Shown here one piece after another: positions 54,909 to 64,000 of a DNA stretch of 64,000 nt (the first letter of the stretch is position 1; the number at the start of each line of letters is the position of its first letter). A program made the position numbers and the translations under genes. Source of the stretch: Hormiphora californensis (taxonomy: Eukaryota > Animalia > Ctenophora); contig CM035351.1 of assembly GCA_020137815.1 (NCBI GenBank), positions 6,696,001 to 6,760,000 on the forward strand. The letters are read 5' to 3'. The notes below the pieces were generated by a model. The model did no database searches, was not told the DNA's origin, and saw nothing but the letters and a program-made list of their open reading frames with translations.

Positions 54909-57549
54909 ATGGCAATAGTAATGATATTTAGGCGTAGCAAAAGTACACCAGAAACAAGAGAGACATTTCGGTAGGTTTTAACACCAACCACTTCACCCTA
55001 GTGTTAAGTTTGTCATGCCTAAACCCCGCTCAGTTTCACCGTCCCGGGCCTTAATTGAATCAATTCATGGACAGTAAGAAACAAATGTTTTATGTCGTAA
55101 AAATTGCGTGAAGCATACATGTGCATATTGTCAGGATATTTGTCAGTCATCGTACTATGTTCCATGTGTGAAATATCGGGTTGTTGTAGCCAATTATTCA
55201 TCCCAGTTTACCCGGTAAAGACTAAAGATTGATTCTGAAACTTTCATCACTGCAGGCCACCAGTTGATTCCAATCTGGAGGAGAGTTCCAGTAGTTTAGC
55301 AGTTCCTGGGTCAGAAGGTGCAAAACCAGATGCAGATGGAAAGAAGAAGTAGGTCCTTAGTCTGGTCACATCTGTTTTTAGTTCTCTCTTGGCATCGAGA
55401 AATAGAGACAGTTTCTCACTTGACAGTTTCCGTTTTTTTCTGTAATTATAGTGCACCAGATTGGAAATCTGTTTTCTCTCCTCAGCTTTTTCTCTCACTC
55501 TTTCACTATTTGTCTCATTACATCTCTCCCACCAAATTAACCCTCTCTCTCTCCCTCTCTGCAGTAGTAAATTCGCCATTGCAAGTTGGTTGGGGAAGAA
55601 GGCGAAGGATAAGGAAGGGGATGGTGCTGGTTCCTCCCCCGCTGACAGGTAGTTTCAATTATCACACTTCTCTCCCACCCCCATATTTTGGCACCTCCAT
55701 GGCAATACTTATGACATACAGCTATCTCATGATCATCCCTGATTATCACACGAAATCCAGAGAGTTAGAAATCCAGGGGGATTTAAAAGGCTAGGCCACT
55801 GTCCTGGGATGTCAGTTTTTACCATCACCACACCTGACAACATCTGATCATGTCGACTGCAACAACTTTCCTCTCTCTGATATCTGCCGTGCTTTTCCTG
55901 GCCCTTGGCGCTCCGCCCGCCAGTAGAAGTAACGAGGAAGATGGACTGTACTATGTCCCCGGATTAAGCGAGGAAGACGGTCTATACTACGTTCCTGGGG
56001 AAAAGAGAGATGCTGACTCTGCAGGACTTTACTATGTTCCCGGAGAAAAGAGAGAGGCAGACTCTGCAGGACTTTACTATGTTCCCGGAGAAAAGAGAGA
56101 GGCGGACTCTGCAGGACTTTACTATGTTCCCGGAGAAAAGAGAGAGGCAGACTCTGCAGGACTTTACTACGTTCCCGGAGAAAAGAGGGAGGCAGATTCT
56201 GCAGGACTTTACTACGTTCCCGGAGAAAAGAGAGAGGCAGACTCTGCAGGACTTTACTACGTTCCCGGAGAAAAGAGAGAGGCTGACTCTGCAGGACTTT
56301 ACTACGTTCCCGGAGAAAAGAGAGAGGCTGACTCTGCAGGACTTTACTACGTTCCCGGAGAAAAGAGAGAGGCAGACTCTGCAGGACTTTACTACGTTCC
56401 CGGAGAAAAGAGAGAGGCAGACTCTGCAGGACTTTACTACGTTCCCGGAGAAAAGAGAGAGGCGGACTCTGCAGGACTTTACTACGTTCCCGGAGAAAAG
56501 AGGGAGGCAGACTCTGCAGGACTTTACTACGTTCCCGGAGAAAAGAGAGAGGCGGACTCTGCAGGACTTTACTACGTTCCCGGAGAAAAGAGAGAGGCTG
56601 ACTCTGCAGGACTTTACTACGTTCCCGGAGAAAAGAGGGAGGCAGATTCTGCAGGACTTTACTATGTTCCCGGAGAAAAGAGAGAGGCTGACTCTGCAGG
56701 ACTTTACTACGTTCCCGGAGAAAAGAGAGAGGCTGACTCTGCAGGACTTTACTACGTTCCCGGAGAAAAGAGAGAGGCGGACTCTGCAGGACTTTACTAC
56801 GTTCCCGGAGAAAAGAGAGAGGCTGACTCTGCAGGACTTTACTATGTTCCCGGAGAAAAGAGAGAGGCTGACTCTGCAGGACTTTACTATGTTCCCGGAG
56901 AAAAGAGAGAGGCGGACTCTGAAGACTCTCAAGAAAGTTCAGATGCGCTGTACTATGTACCGGGATAAAAAGCGAGAGAAAGAGCTAGGGAGTAGCGATT
57001 CCCCATCATTATATCCTTCATTCTACAGTGATTTTATATTTTGAAGTGTATTTACATTGCAGCAACAAATCAGGACTTGTTTATGTTTTGGTTAGCGCTA
57101 AATTTACCGGGTGTTAAAGATTGTTCACACTGGCCCATTACAACAACTCATATGATACACACACTCACAAGATATACCACATGAATCTCACGTGGACAAT
57201 GGGGATAATGTGGTAGTTCCCCACTCACAAAGATGATATATCAGATCAATGATTCCACAGATATGTATCCTGAATCTATAGTCTATACCTGTTTCAGCAA
57301 ATCAAAGTCCAAGTCCAAGTTGAGATCTATGATTAAAAGTGTGGTTTACGAGGACACAACCCGGGGAGGTCCGACCAACATACCGACGGGTCCGATAAAC
57401 AGAGGTCCCTTGTTTGGTGTAGCGCTGAAAGATGCTGTTGAGAGGAGCCAGTGCCTTGATGGACTGCCCCTGTGTAGAGTCTTCCAGGACTGTATCATGT
57501 ACCTCGAAACATTTGGTATGTTTGTATGGTGTCTATCTGTCTGTCTGTG

Positions 57550-57590
<41 letters not shown>

Positions 57591-59587
57591 GGAGTGAATG
57601 TTGAGCTAGCCGTGCATAATACCCACGGTATACCCTCCTCGACTAAATATCCCATCCTCATTGTAGGACTGCAAAAGGAAGGAATCTATCGAGTACCCGG
57701 ATTCCGAACTAAAATGGATATCATGAAACGAACATTTAATAAAGGTACAGGATATTTTCATATTTCACTTCTAACCTGCTTTGAATCTCTCTTATACAAG
57801 AACCGACCGAAACAGATAAACAACCAATCAGAACTCGTTATTTAGGTCACGTGACTGGTTATCAGCCAATCAGGGACCAGTATTTCCTGATTTGGTCGGT
57901 ACCTGGCAACAAATCTCTAACCAGCTCTCTCACTCCTCCAAAACCAGGTGATGCAGTAAAGCTATCTGAGTACGACCCAATGACGGTTGCTATGTTGTTG
58001 AAACTGTACCTCAGGGAACTCCCTGAACCCCTTCTTACTAGACAGCTGGGAGCCAGTTTTGAACAAACCATTCGTAAGTTGTGTATTACTGCGTCTACCA
58101 ATACAACTATTTAGATGTTTTGAAGCACACTTTAGCTGTATCTGGTATCTGTTAGTCAAATATGACTGAGGTTATCCTCCAGTGATTGATCGTTATTCAA
58201 TTTGGAAGATAGCACACTGTATTGCAAATATCAGGCGCCCTCTGTTTGACACAAACCAACTGGCATGATTCGCGGTGTTGTTGTGTTGTACAGCAGGACA
58301 CCCGATACACTGCCAATTGCTGTAATTCTGTAGGGTGTGGCATGAGAAACAAGGAAGATCCCCTTCCCTTCCTTGCTCTTACATCTTGGTATAGTAATTA
58401 GTTATTGATACCACTGCCGCGAAACAGGCCCTTCGTTCGGTTTGTTTCGCGGCTCAAAACCAGATTAGTACACTATTTTAACCACCTTTATATTTCAGAG
58501 TCGGATGAATCTAATGAGCATATAGCAGTGCTCCGGAGGCGGCTGAGGGATCTGCCTGTAGAGAACTATGCCACTCTGGCCTGGCTGTGTCTGCACATGA
58601 GTCACGTTGCCAAACATGTACGTGTTGAACAGACTTACTGGATGTTATTATATGACTTGTTTCTTACTAACCTAGTCCCTGTATATGGTCCCTACCACCT
58701 GTAAATAATACTACCCCTTTCTCAGGAAAAGTACAACAAGATGAACCTATCGAATCTGATAATTGTCCTCTCACCCACCCTCCTCGTCTCAACCACCCTG
58801 CTCCGTTGTCTCTGTGAACATGCCTCCACCCTTTTCCCTGGTGTAGAGCTCAACCCCAACACTCCAATCCCTGAGTATGATGAAAGTGAGGATCACACGG
58901 TCGCTGAGAAAGTTGCACCTCAGCAATCCGCCAAGGCGAACTCAGTTCGACTCGAGCTGACTCAGATGTATCTATACATGGTGGCCAGGAATGACACGCT
59001 TGTGTTTATGAAGGAGCAGCTGAAAACGAAACTTAAGGAAGAACGGAAAAAGCTGTTAGAGGTCCAGAAAACTTTAGATGGGACAAGGGAAAATGGTGAG
59101 AGGTTGGCACAGCAGTCGTCTACTGTGTATTTACTGCAGTTATAATGACGTTTCTAAATCCTAGAATAGCGAAATTTGGACTTGAGACTTTCTATCTTGA
59201 CCACCACGGTTGAGTAATATTTTTTCTTCCCTCTTAGGTCCCTCTCCTGCGATCGAATCCACGGATTCTCCCGATACCCTGAGTGAAAAACTTAAAGAGC
59301 TGGAGCAGCAACAAGAGATATCTGAGGTAAAGATAAGAATGGGCACTCGATCAGCGGTTTGGGCCGGTTTCATTCGTGCTTAGATTATAGATTCTAATTT
59401 CTATGAATCATAAAATCTACTGTTCTTTGCTAATACCGTTTTGACTGCAGCATGTCTCTCTCTCTGACATGCACTCTTCCAATTACAGGGGGAGAAACTA
59501 CACTTGTTCAACCTAATTATGGCGAGTGCGATGGAGTGTGTGGACCTGCGGAGTGAAGTGAGGGCCCGTCAAATGGAGATGAGGTAG
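54909..59587 (+). CDS. RALBP1: RalA-binding protein 1 (RLIP76)-like RhoGAP
   Basis: In-frame exons 54909-54970, ~55257-55349, ~55565-55648, then 57298 onward. Motifs PLFGVALKDAVERS..DGLPL..VFQDCI.YLE.FGLQKEGIYRVPG (arginine finger), LLKLYLRELPEPLL, LPVENYATLAWL..H, NKMNLSNL.IVLSPTL, then coiled coil ending ECVDLRSEVR. An alternative end near 59817 is possible; first exon tentative. Confidence 0.85.
55850..56968 (+). CDS. Putative neuropeptide precursor (LYYVP-amide; 23 peptide copies), intronless CDS nested in a RALBP1 intron
   Basis: 20-aa hydrophobic signal peptide; 20 tandem [E/D]ADSAGLYYVPGEKR units plus two N-terminal EEDGLYYVPG and a terminal SDALYYVPG-stop. Dibasic KR sites; nucleotide variation among the 45-nt units is synonymous apart from the D/E at the start of the first unit. 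Confidence 0.9.
   Translation: MSTATTFLSLISAVLFLALGAPPASRSNEEDGLYYVPGLSEEDGLYYVPGEKRDADSAGLYYVPGEKREADSAGLYYVPGEKREADSAGLYYVPGEKREADSAGLYYVPGEKREADSAGLYYVPGEKREADSAGLYYVPGEKREADSAGLYYVPGEKREADSAGLYYVPGEKREADSAGLYYVPGEKREADSAGLYYVPGEKREADSAGLYYVPGEKREADSAGLYYVPGEKREADSAGLYYVPGEKREADSAGLYYVPGEKREADSAGLYYVPGEKREADSAGLYYVPGEKREADSAGLYYVPGEKREADSAGLYYVPGEKREADSAGLYYVPGEKREADSAGLYYVPGEKREADSEDSQESSDALYYVPG
57530..57590. repeat. (GTCT)n microsatellite, intronic
   Basis: Directly visible. Confidence 0.9.
57798..57904. mobile_element. ~105-bp intronic MITE-like repeat
   Basis: Ends AAGAACCGACCGAA...TTTGGTCGGTACCT are inverted; core CCAATCAGAACTCGTTATTTAGGTCACGTGACTGGTTATCAGCCAATCAG. From memory it resembles a very abundant Pleurobrachia repeat (unverified). 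Confidence 0.65.
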
Positions 59588-60468
59588 GGCGCCGTGACGC
59601 GCAGTTAGAGGTGCTCGCGCAGTATGCCCGCTCTTCAATTGGTTCACTGAACCGTTCAGGGTTGCAAATCCTCACCCCCTCCCCCGGCCTTAGCGTAGTT
59701 TAATTTCCCACGTAACGGCCCTGTAATACCATGGCCGGCCTTGTAATACCATGGCCGTTTCGTGGCAGTTTTCAGTACATTTAACAATAATCCTACCCAT
59801 GCTTTTCAGGATCTAGCCAGCCGTTATTACAGTTATTGATTCATCGTCCCCTCACTTGTTGAAGAATCTTCAAAAGAATGGAGGACCTCCATTGGATATC
59901 ATCTTCAAACGAGATGAAGGAGTTTTAACTGACTGTTTTATTTTTGTTGATACATGAACAATTTAATACTCAGACACATATATTTGTAAATTGTTTCACT
60001 ATTTCATTTCGTATACTACCGCGAGATTTTCTTACTATCTCAGTTGATGAGTTTACTGCAGTTTAATGCTGGCCGAACCCCAGACAATATATTTTGTAAC
60101 TCTAGTGTAAATTGTTTGAAGCTAGGAAATCGTGTAGGAATGTAGGATTAGGAAGGGTAGATTTGAGTTGGTCTGTAATCAGTTTGAACAATTCAAGGGG
60201 GATTTGTTTTGTAGAGTGAGGGCTGCATTCCCTCCTATTGTCGTATGGGATGTATCAGTATCTTGTCAGTATATTTTACTTTTACTCCCACCAGATATGC
60301 CGTTTTGTATTTAAGAGAATAATTTAACTTATGGGAAAGGCTAAAACATGTAAAAAACAAAATCAAAATAAACACATTCTCTGTCACTCAAGAGCTCTTT
60401 AGTTCACGGATCACTGTTATGGCTCTCAGTGTTCCCATTCCCCTCCGTTTGGTATGTCCACAAACATC

Positions 60469-63400
60469 TCAGTTGGCATTACAGAACCGTGCCACGCTGG
60501 CTAGGATGTGATCCTCACTGTACACATTGCACAACTTGGCCAGGGTATTGAGGTACTTGGTGATATAGGGATGATCCTGGATCCTGGTGTGACAGGCGGA
60601 GAAGAACCCTGACATCACGTTCTTGTTGCACTCACCGTGGTTAATCACCAGGGGGACCTGAGAGAGTGAGAGAGGGTTAGGTTTTAGTCAGCCTAGAGTG
60701 GTCAGGACTAGGGGGCGAGGGCACCTGAGATGGAGAGAGAGAGGGGGTTAGCCAACCTATTATAGTGGTCAGGACTGGGGCACGTCTGAGCTGAGTTGAA
60801 GAGAGGGGGTTAGCCAACCTAGTGTGGTCAGGACTGAGGGCACCTGAGATGGAGAGAGGGAGTCCGTGACTTAAAGATATGGGTCATATTTCAGCTCGGC
60901 TTCAATTGCTAATCAACCGACTGGTTTCCTTATCACTTATCAGTTCTGTATCATATATCTTTTTTCTGCTGTTTGGGGTCCGCTAATGAGGTACCTAGTG
61001 AGGTCACGTGATATCTGAACAGCCTAGTACATAAGGCGAGGACCAGGTACCCGTATATATCATAACTATTGCTGCAGTAGTATAATATTGCTATGCTCAG
61101 TTGAACTCGATTTACAACTGCCAGTATAAGGGTGTCCTAGTAGTTTTAGCTGAACTCCGTTGTTGATCAGGCGCCTGCAGGCTTGACATTCTTTGTGTTC
61201 ACATTGTATCCACTACTATATGAAACAGTCTTGTTCTGTTTAGGAGGAAACTGTATCCCTTTTTCCAATTCGTGTATCCTTGTCTCCAAATCTATCCCCT
61301 CTCTCCCTTCCTTTCTAGCAAGTCAGTATGTCCGATATACAAGATATGAACTGTCTGGCGCCGCCGACCCCATCTGAGCGCACTGAATCAAATTGGGGTA
61401 TGGGCGCCATCATACAGGATATAAAGAAAGATTCTGTTCTCTCGACAATGCACCCCGAGGATTGGCTTATTTCATTGGAAAAGATGAAGCTGAAGTCGAT
61501 GCGGGAGAAACATGACTTGATGGGTGAGGATATGATTCATGATATCCGATATCAAGGATGCGGAGGAGGCGTTGAAGAAGAGGATAGAGGAGAGGAGAGG
61601 CCAGCAAGGAACAGGGGAGATGACGAGGTAGCTGACTGCAGAGGAGAAGTTGAAGATAAATGTGCAGGCCATTAATCGAAATGGTGCTTGGTGAATACAA
61701 TGTGCCACTACCCGAATACCAACAATTGTCTGAATGTGAGATTTGTGGACATTATGGGCATATCAAGGAGATTTGTGTTTATAATAGGCATCGAGTTGAT
61801 AAACTTGCACTGTAGATATTAATAGTTCCGAATTGTGGCGAAGACATGGACATTGGCAGTGTTTAGGAGCAGTGTGCAGTATTTTCAATTATCAATTTCC
61901 CCCGCGTGATTCTTAATTCTTATACTTGGTAATGACACTTGTTTGTCTGTCTTTTACACGGATGATATTTGGTTTCGAGTGGCACTGGTATGGGTCTGCC
62001 AGCTGCCTAATAATTTGATGAAGTCGTGTATGGTATTGGGTAGATAGGAGGTTGTCTCACCTGTTTCAGACTGGACACAGCCTCAACACCACCTAGGACA
62101 TCATCGGCTATGGCATTGATGGCCTTCTCTACATACCGCTCCTTGTCTTCATGGAACTGGGGAAGAATTAGGAGCTGAGTCAGTTAAAGTCGATTTGTTA
62201 GATTTCATCCTCTCTCTGTGGGACACCGAATACTCGTCTTATGTTATACAGACCCCGATCTAATACCACCATGTCCCTCCTCCTACATACCTTGATTTGT
62301 CGTTTCAGGTCCTCAGCTGCTTCCTCATCGTTTTCCTTCTCCAGCTTCCTCTTCAGCCAATCCACCATGACATCCTGACTCTGGATACTCTTCATGTTCC
62401 TCTCTCCACTCATCTCCATCTTCCACCTCTTCTCCCCGGGCGTGCCCAGGAAGGTTGAAAGTGGCTCGTTGGGGATAGTGGTCAAATCACCGTAGAGCAT
62501 AGCATGGGATTCTGTTGTCATCTTTTTGACGATCTGGTACTGTTGCCCAACAGTCTCTTTGTCCCACCCCGGGGCAATAGTTTCAGTGTTGTTCATCCAG
62601 TTCAGGGACCAGCAATCACCTGAAATAGGGACCATGTTAGAGGATGGAGAAGGGGGTGAAGAAGGGAATGGAAGTTCAGTGATATTAAATATGGATGAGA
62701 GAAGGCCAAAACTCAGCTGAACCGCGTCCTGAGAGACCTACCAAGATAAGTATTTAGGTCCTCGTCCATAACACAAGCATATGAGCTTTCGTCAGCGTTA
62801 GCAGCGGTGTGAGCGGTGATTCCCATCTTGTCGGACATTTTGGTGAACATGGAGCCAGAGTAGCATGCCTCAATGTACATCAACATCTGCTTATACCTGC
62901 ACAGAGGGGAGGGAATGGGGTAGTACTCTGTACTGCAGCTGCAGTGGAGTGTAGTGGGAAGTGTAGTGGGAAGTGTAGTGGGAAGTGTAGTGGGAAGTGT
63001 AGTGGGAAGTGTAGTGGGAAGTGTAGTGCGACTGGAAAGAACAGTTTGCATCATTGAATTTAAAATGTTAATTGGGTGTTAAATGTTAATTAACTGTGTT
63101 ATACCTGCCTCCCTCAAACATTTGGTTCATGGTAGAATCCAGGTCGACCTTGTTCAGTTCACCAGATGGGAATGCCAGGATACCAGGACCACCATGGTCA
63201 ACAAAGTTAACAAAGATGATGTCATCCTTGGTACTCCTCACTACCTTCCTACTTCCCTGTGTAGTGGTGTGTTTAGCTACAAGGTGCAGTGTATAACAGC
63301 TAGCTAACAGCTCAACTCTCAGGGCTGTCCAGTACCCTATCAGTCGAGTCCTGGTATTTATGAGAACAGAATTGGTGTCCGGACATGTCCTCCGTATCAG

Positions 63401-63863
63401 TCTAGTCGAGAGCCAATTTATATATTTTCCCTGTCAAAGGAGTCTGAAGTAGATAAAAACAACTGACCTTATGAACTTCTTTTCCAGCCAGGACGTCCAG
63501 GAACATTTTGGGGTTAACATCATCCCCCATGTAGTCAATCATCACCCCTTCGTAAACATCACCCGCTGTAAAGAAACATTTTTTATCAGGAGAGGTGATA
63601 ATTTTGAGTATGGGGTGCATGTAAGCTTAGGAATTTATAAGACGTTCTAGGATTTACGTACAACACCGATAGCAGCTTGTCTCGTGCAGAAAAATGGATA
63701 ACCACACAACTCCCGTATATTTACCGTGTAGTGCGTTAATGATGGTACCAGGAGTTGGGTTTTCCCGGTTATAGGCAATGTCATTGTACATCATGGTGAC
63801 GATGTTCTCTCGGGGAATGGCATGGTTCCTCACAAGCAGCTGGTAGATGTGACACACATCCGA
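60469..63863 (-). CDS. LGMN: Legumain (asparaginyl endopeptidase, peptidase C13); 5' exons outside window
   Basis: Exons encode [50 protein letters not shown], catalytic His (FVDHGGPG) and Cys ([10 protein letters not shown]), [29 protein letters not shown], and a Cys-containing C-terminal prodomain ending FCNAN*. Confidence 0.95.
60655..60860. repeat. ~60-65-bp imperfect tandem repeat at the 3' end of the last legumain intron
   Basis: 3-4 copies of GG(C)ACCTGAGA..GAGAG..GGTTAG(C)C.ACCTAG.GTGGTCAGGACT. Confidence 0.8.
61328..61694 (+). pseudogene. Small nested ORF or disrupted gene, antisense within a legumain intron
   Basis: 115-aa ORF (61328-61675) preceded by a pyrimidine tract and AG. 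Removing a 7-nt duplication at 61541-61553 shifts it into a helical-looking frame ([17 protein letters not shown]) with one in-frame TAG. Confidence 0.4.
62943..63028. repeat. 12-bp tandem repeat GTAGTGGGAAGT, intronic
   Basis: About 6-7 copies; source of TTLP/GKCS ORFs. Confidence 0.95.
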
Positions 63864-64000
63864 CTGAAAATAGAAGTAGAAGTAGAGTCTAGAGACTTGT
63901 GTAGATCAAACTGCAGGGTTCGGCAGAGCAATTTAAGTAGAGACTATAGAGGGATAATTCTTGTAAAAGGTAGATATCATATCAAGAACAAACAACAGCT

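Noticed and set aside
55990-56915. 45-nt tandem array as a CRISPR array or satellite
   Set aside because: No unique spacers, eukaryotic context, and codon-structured variation shows it is coding.
55982-57044. Long ORFs in other frames over the 45-nt repeat (55982-56932 minus; 56010-57044 plus)
   Set aside because: Shadows of the repeat. Only the 55850 frame has a signal peptide, and the unit variation is synonymous only in that frame.

Overview
Gene-dense animal genomic DNA with short GT-AG introns, abundant (GA)n/(CT)n microsatellites and small inverted-repeat elements. It is probably ctenophore (Pleurobrachia-like); this is inferred from gene style, nested genes and an intronic repeat recognised from memory, and was not verified. 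Spliced genes reconstructed by hand, in order: the 5' end of a rhodopsin-class GPCR (-); a single-pass membrane receptor-like protein (-); a Shaker/Kv1-type K+ channel with a remodelled voltage sensor (+); a single-exon basic protein (-); a large membrane protein of degenerate Cu/Zn-SOD-fold repeats (-); YPEL (-); CTDSPL2 (-) with a 7-exon GPCR nested antisense in its 6.4-kb intron; a RALBP1-like RhoGAP (+); and legumain (-, 5' end outside the window) with a further ORF in its last intron. The standout is an intronless-CDS secreted precursor (55850-56968) nested on the same strand inside a RALBP1 intron. It encodes 23 copies of LYYVPG, mostly followed by a non-canonical G-E-K-R site, and is a candidate LYYVP-amide neuropeptide precursor. 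Regions ~16.8-23.6 kb and ~43.9-45.5 kb look like low-quality consensus and cannot be reliably interpreted.
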